In this document: piece by piece, positions 27,208-40,485 of the stretch
Layout: each line of letters opens with the position of its first letter
Position numbering within the stretch: position 1 is the first letter of the stretch
Origin: Podarcis melisellensis
Taxonomy: Eukaryota
Length of the DNA stretch: 64,000 bases
Strand: one strand, 5' to 3'
Assembly (NCBI GenBank): GCA_964234715.1
Contig: OZ174280.1
Notes under the pieces: model-generated
Told to the model about the DNA's origin: nothing
The model's database searches: none
The model's input: only the letters and a program-made list of their open reading frames with translations
Translations under genes and position numbers: made by a program

Positions 27208-29740
27208 ATTTTCTGTGGGGTTGGTTATATCTACTACCTCACGGAACAAGAACAAGCCTCCAGGTTTTTAAATAAGCTGTATGTAATCAAATGAATCCAT
27301 TATAAGCTTGAAAGACCTAAATTTAATTATGGCTGATGCGCACAGGTTTGCTGTGGTTAGTTTGAGAAGTTTACAAGCGTGTATGTGTGTCATTTTCCAA
27401 CTGGCTTGGAGTGTTCTTTTGCATGTCTAAGAGAACTAGAGACAACTATTGATACCAACTGCTCTTGAAAGAATCTGAACAGCTGATGCAGGAATTCCTC
27501 TGTGACACAACTGGTTATGCACTCACTACTGTAGCTAGCTAGGCTTGCATATAAGATTTTAGAATCACTGATGGAATAAAAATGTCAGCTTGGTTACAGA
27601 GTTTTTGATTATACAATCTACTGAAGAGTTTAAGTTAGTTTCCATTCAAATTTGGTAAGATTACTTGTGTCTCTCAGCTTTGTTCATGCAAAATGTGTGT
27701 ATTTGTTTAACTAAAGGCAGATAAGCTACACAGTTGCCTCTTCAATATAGGAATCCCAAAGTTGGTTTATTTCAAATCACTGAACAAGCATACCATGTTT
27801 GCGTAAGTGAAGCTGTCGTGATAAAGGGCTTCAGCTTGGAGGTTTAGTCTTCAGCTGTCTTAGATAGTGAAAAGCTACCAATAAGACCATATTTCCTTAG
27901 TACTTAATATATTGGTGCCCATTAATTACATTTTAAACTGTTGTTGCCTGCTTGGAGGCTTACGTGCATGGCACGTTCTTCAAAATTAATGAAATTCCAA
28001 CATTCCAAGCAATACAAATAAAAGCTTTTTAAAACAACAGATAAATCATATACTCAAGGTGCATGGGGGGGATTTCATGCCCCCTCCCAAATTGCCACAT
28101 GTTTATTTGCTTAAAGTGGAACTTTTGGGGCCAAATTCCAAGTAACTCTGCCTCTTTTCTAGTTTCTAAATATGGCAGTGCTGGATTTCGCTAACTGCTG
28201 ATTGTCTCCTCTTGAAACATGTCCAAGAAAGATGAACCTCAAACATGTACCTGCTTTATGATGTGAACTGAGGGGTTAGCATGTTTATGTAATCTGTCAA
28301 TTGGGATTGGTGCTTCTCACCAATAGTGGTAGTTCTTGATCTATATCCAGTACCACAATTTGGTGACTTGCTAGTTATACATTTGTGGTTGCCATTATTA
28401 ATATGACAGCAAGTGCTCCTATACTGTGATCCAACTCTTATTATATCGCATGGTTAAGTGCCACAGTCTTCTTGCTGCTGAGGCCTTTAAGTGGGTGACG
28501 TATCACTGGTTAGTGTAAGCTATTTTGTACGTGGGCTCTTGGCGTTGGGTCTTGAAACTGCTTCAGTATTTGGGTTGTACCTGGTATCTAAATAACTTTG
28601 ATCACTTGAATGCTTCTGTCTTCTTTAATTATGAATAATTAATAGTTTGGTTTACATGTACATTTTTTATTTTTTAGTAGAAACCAGGTCATTAATAGAT
28701 TGCAGAACACCCACATTTACCCCGGGGCTATTTTAATTTCAGTTTAAGTTACAACATTTTTTTTAAGGCAAGGATCTTTTTAAAGGCATTTTTTTAAAGA
28801 TCCAGTAGGTACACTTGTTAGGACTAAGAATCTTATTTTCCTATAATTAAAGGCCTGCATATTTATAAAAGTCCCCCAACTCTTCCATAGTTAAGTGGGA
28901 AAATAAATGGTTGGAATGTGGATAGAATCAGTAGACAAGAGTGTAGCATGAGCCTTGGAATTGCAAGGAGCCAGTGCTAGCAGCCTACTATGGGTTTACA
29001 TTATGCTGGGATCAGCCATAAATGCCAATTTCAGCACAGCATAAAGTTGTCCAACATAAACTGGTTGAGGCTTATTCCATGACAGAGTCAGTGGCATCAG
29101 TCCCGCCCAGAGTCTAATATTTGATTGGTATTGGAATGAGATTGCAGCTGACATGCACTACTGGCGTGTTGCACTACGATGTTGACATGGCTGTTTGTGC
29201 TTTCAGCTGTCTGTGCTGTTGGTTTGGGGTGCTAGACCTTAACATTATGCTTTTACCTTTTGAAGGGTTCTTTACATTCACTACACATGTTTTTTAGCCA
29301 TTTTGCTATACTTCTACATTATTTCTGTTTGGAAACATTGAAACGTTTGTGTTCATCCAGTTATAGGTGCTCAGAATGGTTGATGAAAACAGATTTGTTC
29401 TGGCCAGGTGATGTTAGTTTTAAGTTCCATTTATAGCAAAGGGAAAAGTTAGAATGAAATATTTCCATTGCTTTCAACAAAGCTTGCACTACAATTCTGT
29501 GCATGGCTACTCAGAACGAAGTCTGACTGTGTCTAGTGGTGCTTTACTCCCAGAAAAATGCATAGGATTGCACCCTAGCTCATAACTAACTAGCTGGGTC
29601 AGGCTAGTGCAGATACTACATAGAATTGTCCTCTGATATTTTGACAGAAGCCTTAATTGGACAAGCCAAGTACAGTAGGGCTATGCTTCAGGAAGACACT
29701 TCCAATTTTTCCTTGGCTGAAGGAAGCAAAGGTGTAAATA

Positions 29741-29984
29741 CAGTCGTACCTCGGAATTTGAACATAATCCATTCTGGAAGTCAGTTTGACTTTCGAAACA
29801 TTCGTCTTCCAAAGCGCAGCTTCTGAGAGGAAGCTCCTGCAGCCAATCGGAAGCCATGGAAGCCCTGTCGGACATTCGGCTTCCAAAAGAACGTTCGAAA
29901 ACTGGAACACTCACTTCTGGTTTTCAATCGTTTGGGAGCCGGAACGTTCGACTCCCAAGGCATTTGGGAGCCGAGGTACAACTG
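29741..29984. mobile_element. Tigger-like MITE, family of 1028/6166/10502
   Basis: TIR CAGTCGTACCTCGG / CCGAGGTACAACTG; TA TSD. Confidence 0.85.
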
Positions 29985-30423
29985 TAATTCCAATTAATGT
30001 GTTTTAGGCTTTGCTTGATTGTGTCTTAAGTAGTGCATATGAAGAGTGAAGCCAATGAAACAGATGGATTTTAAATAAGTAATATTGGCACTGATGTTGA
30101 CTTTCAAGTCAGACTGACTAAGAGTGCAGCACACACATACCTAGGAGTGGGTCTAATTGAACTCATGGGTTTTACTTCTGAGTAGATATGCCTAGCGTTG
30201 CACTGTGAAACTAATTTAATTTTTTAAAATAGTTCTGTTTTAAGTCTCTTCCAGTAACTTTTTACAAGCCTGTGCATATAGGTCTAAAATGTGTGGAAGA
30301 ATAGAGGAAATAAATATGTGACACATTTTACACAAAATACTTGAGCTGGCCTAACACCAGGCCTAAAGCCATGTACTTTGAAGAAGTTTGCATTAAAATC
30401 AGTAGGACCTCCAACTGAGTGCA

Positions 30424-30684
30424 GCATATTTTTAGCTCTATAAGACGCACCAGACCATAAGACGCACCTAGTTTTTGAGGAGGAAAACAATATTCTGAAT
30501 CTCAGAAAACAATATTCTGAATCTCAGAAGCCAGAACAGCAAGAGGGATCGCTGCGCAGCGATCCCTCTTGCTGTTCTGGCTTCTGGGATAGCTGTGCAC
30601 CCTGTATTCGCTCCATAAGATGCACACACATTTCCCCTTACTTTTTGGGAGGGAAAAAGTGAGTCTTATAGAGCAAAAATACGG
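30424..30684. mobile_element. pogo/Tc2-like MITE with a central 62-bp perfect palindrome
   Basis: TIR ..ATATTTTTAGCTCTATAAGAC / GTCTTATAGAGCAAAAATACGG-TA; palindrome 30525..30586; 22-bp tandem duplication 30483..30526. Confidence 0.8.
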
Positions 30685-30800
30685 TATTTGAAATAAGATA
30701 CAAAAGCTGTGATCTGAAAGTACTGATTTGAGTGAAATTCACTTGAATCCCTGTGGTCCTTTAGCTCAGAGTAAATTTATATTCCTGTATTCGTTCACTT

Positions 30801-30975
30801 AAGGCTCATCCACACTTCTGATTGCCCCAGGAAAACCTGCTGTTTACTGCTGAATTGAAGCAAACATCAGTCAGGTTTTCTGTGGATTAACGTTTGCTTC
30901 AACTTAGCACTAAAGAGCGGATTTTCTGGGGGAAAGGGGGGTCGGGCAAAGGCAGAACCTCTTGAGGTGAGCCTT
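30801..30975. mobile_element. Hairpin MITE (AGGCTCATCCACAC-type ends); relatives at ~17230..17400 and ~54590..54860
   Basis: Ends AAGGCTCA / TGAGCCTT; shared internal GAAAACCTG..TTTACTGCTGAATTGAAGCAAA across copies. Confidence 0.6.
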
Positions 30976-33900
30976 GACTGTCTCAGACTGTTGGTAGGCT
31001 ATTACTTTGTCCTCAGTTTGGCTGGTTGAGAAATTAGTAACGTTCACAACAGTGGTGTGAAGGTGAATTATTGTTTGCATGGACAAAGATTCCCTAGGTC
31101 ATTAGTTTTGTATATCTTTTCCTAGTAAATGTTAATTTTGGAAGTATATCTCAAGCTACAGTTCTATGGTTTTGCTGTGGTTTTTCAGGAGGCAACGCTT
31201 GATAATGGTTAATATTGAACTAGTAGACTTTAACCCCCCTGCAGCCTATCTTTAAAAAAGTGAAAACAAGTGCAAAAGTGTTATTTTTGTCTTCCTGAAT
31301 TTGACCATCAGTATTATGTATGCACATGACGTTTTAATTCTTTTTGATAAAATATTTTCAAATGTAGATCAGGTTGATTTTGCTGAAACCAGGAGCCGTG
31401 TACCTTCAAAGGACCATGAAAGATGGATGCATTTGAGGAGCAAAATGTTTGAAATTATACAAACCGCCTTGAAACAGACTTTTAAAACTGAAAACCTGTT
31501 AAATCTCGCTGGCTGTTTTAATCTGAAAGCTCTCAAGCTCGGCACAAAGATGATGGTTATCTCCCGTTTCTCTGGTTATCAAAGTCAGGCTGCCTCTGAA
31601 CATGGAGGCGCCATTTGACTTTTGCCAAATAGCCATTGATAGACCAAGCCATTTAAGCTAGCAGCCCTTACCGTATGCTTTAGTAGTAAATTCCAGTGGT
31701 TGTCTGTTAAGGTTTTTTGTACTGAATCATCACAAATCACCAAAGGGTGACCCTGAGTGCTATTATTATGAAATGAGTGGGGGGGGGGGGGAAATACCCT
31801 CCCAGCTTCCCCCATGCTTTGTAATCTCATAAATCGCTCATGTTTCCCTTTGCCTCTTCTAGACTAGTCCTAAACACTTAAGATTTTCCTTGTAGGGATG
31901 ATACCCCCATTCCTCCAAGCACCAATCAAATAGGACATAAACCTTCCTGCAGGAAATACTGTTCTTCTGTCAGGATGTCCCATTGCCTACAGAACTACTT
32001 TGCACAGAAAACTCAAGTATGCTGGTAAATCCGAGGCCTACCTAGAACACATTTTTAAAAATAAAAACTGTATTTATCAAATAGTCAGTGTTCCCTGTTC
32101 CTTTGTGATGTTTTTTGATTATTATTTTTTTTAAAAAAAATTACAACTGCATTGTCTTTAGAAGCTACTGTCTGCATTCCTCTTATAGATACAGAAATAT
32201 CAATTAATTCATAGGACTTCCATGTCCTGTGGAAGGAGTTGATATGAAATATTATTCTGAAAGTTATTGGTTGAAAGCATCATTACTGAACACATTCAAT
32301 CTCTGGTGGAAAAGAATACATGATAGGAATTTCTCAAAATGACTATGTTGACATAGGACAATAGAAAGACAAGTCTCTTCCAGTAGCTTTCTTATTTAAT
32401 GTTACAATATAATATATCCTTTTATAATAGGGGAAAATGTTTTTCCTACTGTCGTCTTCAGTCTGGAATGATGAACAGATGCATCTATTCCTAGTCTCTG
32501 TTCAGTGCCAGCTTCTATGTACTGCTACATACAACTGCCATATTAATGTTCTGAGTGCTATCATTAACCTTGAACACTTCAGTAAATGTTGAGAACTGGG
32601 TGTGGTATAAATATTGAATGTCTAAATGTTAATGAAACGCAAACCTGTAATGTTACTTGACTGGATTATATGTTGAAGCTCTGTTCTGAGACTTGCAGAT
32701 CTGGCAGCTATCACCAGCACTAACTTCCATAAAGATGAAGAAAATTCACTTACTCTTAAGCATGTGGCCTTTCGCACACTCTTATATGAGATGACTGTCT
32801 CAACTAACAGCACTTTAAAAGCTTGTCAATCAAAGTTTACAAGTTTAGTGTTTTTGCCTGGGAGTTAAGTGGTGCAGAAAGTGCATTATTAATTATTTTT
32901 CTGATATACAACATGTTAAAACTCCTGGTAACTATTGCCCAATGGCACTGCATCTTGCTGTTTCATACCATTAAAGTATGTTCTGTTGAACATGTGCCCT
33001 TGAGTTTAAAGTCGTTATAGCAGCAATAAACTGTAATATTTATGCATGCATATTCAACATTGTGATCACTTGTACTTCTTTCTGCTTTTTATCTTGAATA
33101 AACATTGGTATTTGAACATGTGCATAGAGTACAAGGACTGCTGCAAACTCTACTGAAAATGTGACTCTTGCCTCTTCTACCAAAAAATACTATTATTTAA
33201 ATTTGTATACCACCCTTCATCTGTAGATCTCCGGGCAGTTCACAGCATAAAAAGACAAAATAAAAACACAGAATACATAATAAAAACCAAACCGAACCAA
33301 TAAATGTCAGTTTATTTCTTGTAGTGAAATTGATGAACTACAAATGTGTTTAGATTGCCAAAGTACTTAAGTCAGTTAAATGAATGTATAAAGCTGCATT
33401 TTATTGAGTTTGACTGATGAACCATCTAATATTGTCTATTCATACTTTTAGCAGCTCTCCAGGGTGTCGAGCGGACGTCGTGCCTATCATCTATCTCATC
33501 CCTTCCTTCTTCAGTTAAATTAATTGAACTTGGCTCTCCTATGTGCAATACGTGTGCTCCATTTGAGCTTTGGCCATCAATGCATTTAATGCCATATGGC
33601 TTACTTGTACGGTAGGCATTGATGAGCAACTATGAAGCACTCCTAGAATATTATAAAACATAAGCAACTTATGGGAGGTAATGGTGCTTTATAAAAGGGA
33701 TGCTTTTCCTTCATTTGAAAAACAGCAACAGAATTGTTCAGTTTCTTTAATCTCATGCTCTGGAAATGACCATGATTTGGGTCAGAAAACAAAATACATC
33801 AATGTCTTTTAAACAATACATCTCACTTGCATGGCGTATTGCATGTCTATGAGGGAAGGAGAGCTTGTAAAAATCGATTGGAACTAATCTCTAGTGTAAA

Positions 33901-34877
33901 ATTAGCAATAATCTGTATTGTTGCTGCAAGGAGCACAAACTCCTGGGTCACAGAGTACAGTGTGAAGAAGGTGTGCCTATGCAATCTTTGGCTTGCCATT
34001 CTTTCCCTCGCCCACACATTTATTCCCTTAAGATTGGCTGGTGGGAGAATGAATAATGTTTCATTCTAATGCTTCTTTAGCTGGTCTTGTTGCAATTGCA
34101 CATCAGAAATACAGGATCATTTTTTTTCTTCCCTAGAAGAATTACAAAATTGTAAATCTACAATATGGCAATGAATGTCCCTTAACTTTTCAAAAAAAAT
34201 TGAAACATTAATTTGGTGTGTAAAACTTGTAATCACTCGGCTAGTTATCAAGCCTTCTATCCAGGTTATTAACTACTGATGCTTGGTCTTTACAAATGTA
34301 ATCATTACTAGACGCTTGGTTAACTGGAAATGTTTACGTTTTAAGCAAGATTAATTGGGATGTTACTATTCTGCTCATTTAAAGCTAGTCACAAGCTTTT
34401 GAATGCTAAGTCTTGTTTCTAGAGACCAAAAGAAATGCTTAATGGTGCTTAACATGCAGGAGACTTCCAACAGCAGAGGGCGTCTCCATTTTCATACTAC
34501 GTATAGTATTTCTGACACCAGAAGAAAGGCAATAAAAGTCTCAAGTTTTCTTTGGAGTGCATTGTTCTAAAACTTGTATACTGCCATGTGGCTCACTACT
34601 AGAGCCATCAGGGTAGCTCTCAGCACTCCAAACAGAAATGACAGCTGATTGAAAACAATAAAAAGAGCAAAGCAACTCATTGCATGAATTGATTAAATGC
34701 AGATCGTTGAATGCAGAACAAACAGCCCTTGGTCGTTTCCTTAAGACTAGAGGGGCTTTGGGCATAGGCCATTCTACAGCTTATGCTCACCTGTGCATGG
34801 AAGTGTATTAACTCAGCTGGAAGAAGGTGTTCACTTGTGCAAAGGGTCTTCTGCTACTGTAGTTCTTTGCTTTAGCT

Positions 34878-35206
34878 CAGGGGCCGGTTCACTCCAGTGG
34901 AGATACCTCCGTGAGCTGGATTGCGCGCGCCTGTGAGCACGCACATCTGTGATTTCCAGTGTCTGCATTTGCACAGACACAATTTTTGGCATTGTGCATG
35001 CGCAGACATGATTAGAAATGCTTAGTGGTGCTTAACATGCAGGAGACTTCCAACAGCAGATGGCGCCGCGGAAGTGAGTCCCTGCACCGTGCTGGTTTAG
35101 CGCAGCATGTGGGGACTCGCCAAGCAGGCGGCTTGGTTGGGGGGCGGCTTGTGGGCCGGTTAAACAACCCCCATGTGGCCCATGGGCCTTAGGTTGCCTA
35201 CGCCTG
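34878..35206. mobile_element. hAT MITE containing a captured 52-bp local sequence
   Basis: Perfect 8-bp TSD CTTTAGCT (34870..34877, 35207..35214); CAGG...CCTG ends. Confidence 0.82.
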
Positions 35207-35829
35207 CTTTAGCTGCTGGCTGGATAAAATCTGTGGGAAGCTAACAGTGAATGTCTGACTGCTGCCATTCTAGTGGGGTTCAGCGCTCTGCTCATTATTA
35301 ACAAAGCCTTTTAATTTAAAATGTTTTTCCACAAAAGCAGTGTAACTTGTTTTCAAAGCTCTAGCTGCTCCCTGTGGGTTAATGTTTGATGCTCGTACTT
35401 CAAATGGTGTTAGTCCTATTTTCAGACCATAGCACATTTTAGCAGCCTGGGGTTGTATACCTTTGAATCATGAATAATGGAACTTTCCTTCCCCCCTCCA
35501 CTTTTCATGTTACTAAAAATGATACATTATGATAAGGAGTACCAATATATGTACAAAATCAGTTGTGGATTTTTTTTCCAGTAACCACAATCTGCGCTTC
35601 GCTTCTTTAAATGAAGTTTGCTGCTGGAATTAAAGTTAAAACATGGATGAAATCCAGAGTAAAGGCCACAACAAAATTTACCTGCATACTGGTTTGACCA
35701 GCAGCTGAAGTGATAAATCTTAACCATTATGTATCATTGCAGGGCTGAGTCCTAAAACTTCTTTTTCTTGTATGTCTGTTTATTTTCTCTATTTCAAATC
35801 TCTAGAGGCATATGGTATTTAATATTATA

Positions 35830-36054
35830 CAGTGGTACCTCAAGTTACAAATGCCTCAGGTTACAAACTCCGCTAACCTGGAAAAGTTACCTCGAGTTGA
35901 GAACTTTGCCCCATGATGAGAACGGAAATCGTGTGCCGGTGGCACAGCGGCAGCAAGAGGCCACATAAGCGAAAGCACGCCTCTAGTTAAGAACAGTTTC
36001 AGGTTAAGTACAGATCTCCAGAACAAATTAAGTTTGTAACTAGAGGTACCACTG
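35830..36054. mobile_element. Tigger-like MITE
   Basis: TIR CAGTGGTACCTC(A/T)AGTTACAAA; left TA intact, right flank reads CA. Confidence 0.83.
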
Positions 36055-36380
36055 CACTGTACATGCTAATTATATTAAGATGACTCATCCATTATGACAG
36101 GACCCTGTGAAAAGCAGACACTGGGCTACTGGTCTCTTTCCAGTGGACTATGGGAATTCTGGCTGTGGGGTTCTTGCAAACAATGCTGAGCAGGGAGACC
36201 TTAGTCAGATCCAACAAGGTACTTCATATGTTGTTAAACAAGGCTTCATACCTGGAGAATCACTTAACTCAGATAAAACTCATAGGAGATCCTGCATATG
36301 CAGTCTTGTTTCATAAACCATCATTTGACCACAGGAATCTCTAGTTAAAAGCCCTGTTCCAAGAACTAAACTATGACTTT

Positions 36381-36532
36381 TAGAAGACATCTGAAGGCAG
36401 GTCTGTTTAGGGAAGTTTTTATTGTTTGATGTTTTGTGTTTTTAATATTCTTTCGGGAGCCGCCCAGAGTGGCTGGGGAAAGCGAGCCAGATGGGCGAGG
36501 TATAAATAAATTAGTAGTAGTAGTAGTAGTAG
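36381..36532 (+). mobile_element. L2 LINE 3' end
   Basis: AGAAGACATCTGAAGGCAG...GCCGCCCAGAGTGGCTGGGG..CCAGATGGGCG..TATAAATAAA plus (TAG)n; same family as 56206. Confidence 0.78.
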
Positions 36533-37870
36533 TACATAAAGTAAATTTGTTAAGGCACTTTTGTGATTGTGGCACTCGACTTACAGAATTTTCCTGAGAT
36601 GACCTGCCAAATCTCTTCTCTCTCGTTCAGAAACCTTTGGGCAAAACGGCATTTGTGGCATGTGATGTTTTCTGTTGCATTTTTTGATATTTTATGGCTT
36701 TTGTTAGTTTTCTCGGCATTTATTTTGAAAAGAAAGGTGGAATGATAATTTTAGAGGTAAAGTGGAATTGTGAGTTGCATTGCTGAGAATATAAGGACCA
36801 AGTATTTTGAATCAATTAATGCAAAATTAGAACACACTCTAGAAAGTGGCCTGTGCCATTGGAGTTGTGCTGCAGCATTTCAGATCAAACATACTGCTTC
36901 TTTTCTGCTGTCTTGAGGAGTTCACCATAGTCTGTTTTATAGAAGGAAAGGAACCAAGTGACACAAAGAGATATCTCCAGACTCATGGAAATACTTATTG
37001 TTAGTGTTAAGCTTAATTTCATAAACTTTTCCTTAGACACATTACGTTTTTAAAAATTCTTAACAACCAATCTGTAAGGCCTACCACTATGAGCTCCATA
37101 TTTCCAAAGGACGAGCAAGACAGCTGTAGGCAGAACTTATACAAAAAACAGCAGGCCAGTCCAATGGCCTATGCACTGGTGTTAATCATAACGTAGTGAC
37201 TCATGAGCGACAGCATTTGGAGCATCCTGAAAGTTATCTATCTAGTCCTTTGACCTCATCAAACTGTTGATGCCAAAATTGGTACCTCTCAAATACTGAG
37301 CTTCTTCAGGACAAATATTGCCCGTTAAGTGGTGGCTTAAAGTAGTTCATTTTGCAGTGCAGTATACCCCCTGGTCACAGCACTCTAGGGACCATCTCGT
37401 CAGGAAGTCCATTCCATACTATTGCAATGTGGGTACTAATTCAAATGTTATCTTGCTGGACTAACGGGAAGCAAATTGCTGTTTGATTTTTGTTCACTTT
37501 CACCACCTACTTCAGGGAGTGTTGTACTGGTTGAGCTGGAATAAATGTTGAGTTTTTCCTCTCCCCTTCCATCAAGTACTTTTTAGTTAATAATTAAGAA
37601 AATGGAATGCTAAGCATATGCAGAGGTGACATTTGTGTGCCAACTTAGAATAATACTTCAGTGATGTCAAAAGAAAGATTCGACAGTGTTGGGCAGAGGA
37701 GGGGGGCCCTGTTTGTCCTAACTTCCACATGGTAACATTTATTAAAATTTGTGTTCATCTTTAACACTAATAATACAGCTCCTCATCTCCTCTCCAGCAT
37801 TTGCATTTGGACTAGTTTCCATTACTTTTTTTAAAAAATGAAAACCTAACATCCAGCATGGTGTCCTTTA

Positions 37871-38251
37871 AAAAGGTAAGGAACCCCTGACAGTTAAGTC
37901 CAGTCGCAGACGACTTGGGTTGCAGCGCTCATCTCGCTTTACAGGCCGAGGGAGCCGGCGTTTGTCTGCATACAGTTTTTCCGGGTCATGTGGCCAGCAT
38001 GACTAAACCACTTCTGACACAACAGGACACTGATGAGTGCCAGAGTGCATGGAAACGCCATTTACCTTCCTGCCGGAGTGGTACCTATCTATTTACTTGC
38101 ACTTTTTGGCGTGCTTTCGAACTGCTAGGTTGGCAGGAGCTGGGACCGACCAACGGGAGCTCACCCAGTCATGGGGATTCGAACCACTGTCCTTCTGATT
38201 GTCAAGCCCAAGCGGCACAGTGGTTTAGACCACAGCACCACCCGCGTCCCT
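37871..38251 (-). mobile_element. Sauria SINE (Squam1)
   Basis: Minus-strand tRNA-like head GGGACGCGGGTGGTGCTGTGG...GGTTCGAATCC, ACCTTT tail; TSD ATGGTGTC(C/T)TTTA. Confidence 0.9.
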
Positions 38252-40039
38252 ATGGTGTCTTTTAGCTGTTCCTAATTCTGAATGAAGCTGGCTTGATGCG
38301 AACAGCTAGGTGGCAAAGTGCCATGAAACTCACTAAAAAGCCCATTGTGCTGTAAAGCACTAATGTGAACGCACCCGGAATTCAACAAATAAAGACCATA
38401 TAAAGTTCAGCAATTAATAGACAGCACATTAAATTTAATTCTGAGAACAAATCTTAGAAGTTGAAGCCCCACGCGAGGAGTGAAGCTGTGTAGCTGTGTA
38501 ACCATGAAGATGCTCGTGAGCAGGGGTGGAGTCTGGTATTTTGAATTTCAGCATTGTGCTGTGCAAGGCCAAAATTCAGTGCCCGCTGCCCCTCGCCTTC
38601 CATTCTGCTCAGTTGACCATGTTGTAGTTGCAATACCCCTGCAGTGTTGCATGCAACGCCCATGCCCAGTGCAGTGGAACCAACTGAGCTTCCCTAAATC
38701 TGTCTCTGTCATGAGAGGGTCTGAGAAACTGCTGTTACGAGAGTTATTTGCTATGTAGTCTCTTGCTTTTAGGCTTCATTTAACAAATTTGGAAAATACA
38801 TTCTATACCCATAGTTGAAAATTGGTATATACAAGGGCTGCTATATGTTCTGGATTAAAATGGCGTCCTGGATTAAAATTCTTGTAGCTTTTACTATGAA
38901 GTTCAACAATTTCGGTGGGTTTTCTAAAAGCTCAGCAAACTTTACTTTTTGAAATACGGCATCCCTAGTGTAGACTATATTTTATACCTGTCTGTTAAAT
39001 AATGAGTTATATATAATTCAATGAGACTTGGCTGCCTTTTTCCTAGAATTTTTCAAAATGGGACCTTAGTCTTCTATTGGGATCTTACCAACATTTCTTT
39101 GTTCAAATATCCATTCCCCTTTGCTCTGTTTTATGTTTTAAAGTCTCTTGCCCTTTTCTGAAAAATGTGGAATTGAGAAGAGTAAATGTGGAATTGATAA
39201 GTAGCTTATCTATTCTTCACTCTACTATTCAAATCTTTGTTAATCTGTAAAATTAAATAAATCATAGCTGCTGGGCAATTTGTTCTCATTATCGGACTAC
39301 AGTAGGCTCCCAGTATTTGTATAGTGGTGATTTGCTACATTTTAGCTGTGTTTTATCTACAATTTTTATTATGTACACCACTGAGAGAGTTCTGTGTTTA
39401 AGCAGTCCATAAATCTTTATAAACAGCCAATGGAAGGATGACAATAATTTTTGGATTCTAAATCTCTCATGCTCAGGTTGAATTCTTGTATATGCCTTGT
39501 GCTGGGGAAATGTTTGTAAAGCACAGCCCAAGCTTGATTCATGAGCAATTTGTGAAAGAACCAGCCTCTTCAGCTTTTCCTGTTGCCGATTTGTAAAGCA
39601 CGCCATGTTAAATCACCTAGGACAATAAATCTGATGAACTAATATATTTTAAGCCACATCCTAGAAGGAACTAATTAATAGGTAGGAGCATATTAGAGTC
39701 AAAGCTATGAGTTTCTCTTTTGAAGGTGTCACTAGCAAACTATGCAGAAGAGCGACATGCCAAATGAAGGTGGTGCCTCCCAGTGAAATGTATGAGGCAA
39801 AAGAAAGGCACTTGTGCATCTGAAAATATAGGCAGCTTATTGCCATCTCTGAAGTAGCCCAGCAGCCTTGAGAGCATGACAAAGAAAGGTTGTGTTCCAT
39901 TCATTAATTGGTTGGTGGGATGGGAGGTTGCAAAGTTGATATTGCCACCATTCTTACTCTCTTCGATGTGTTCTGAAGTGGGTGGGGTGGAGGAGGGACA
40001 GCAAACGACAGAAAGAGAAACAGAAATAACCTGTAAACA

Positions 40040-40107
<68 letters not shown>
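40040..40107. repeat. (CT)n(AT)n compound microsatellite
   Basis: Seen directly. Confidence 0.95.
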
Positions 40108-40485
40108 GAACTAATCATAGGACTGCTAAACTGGACTTCATTGAGACTTCATGTGGTTTGTATTTTGGGTTGGAAATACTTGGTTTCCTAATATTTGCAA
40201 TACCAGGACTGTTTATGCAGAGGTAAATCCCACATAGTTCAGTGGGTTACTGGGTTTGCTCTCAGCAAAGTGCATATAGGAATGCAAGTCTGGTCACTTT
40301 ACTCCAGTTCTGAAGGCCCACTGGTGCCACTATTTTCTTAAGCCACAAGAATTCTGCCACTGTTGCTGCAATTGGGTTTCCTGCTTCTGCTCCACATATT
40401 CATATGTATAAACGGCTATCACACCAGCCAAGGGCATAGCAGCAGGCACTTTTGCTCACTTAGGATATGCATTCAAGTGGACATA

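Larger units (their letters stand above)
27208..33120 (+). other. YOD1: Probable long YOD1 3' UTR
   Basis: AT-rich, many miRNA seed matches; AATAAA at 33025 and 33097 (earlier AATAAA also present); the end is inferred. Confidence 0.5.

Noticed and set aside
33574-33625. CATCAATGC / GCATTGATG inverted repeat with internal GCCATATGGC
   Set aside because: Stem too short and irregular to call a pre-miRNA or a known element
38150-38251. tRNA-like A/B boxes (also near 40740, 41180, 50360 and 55915)
   Set aside because: SINE heads, not complete tRNA cloverleaves
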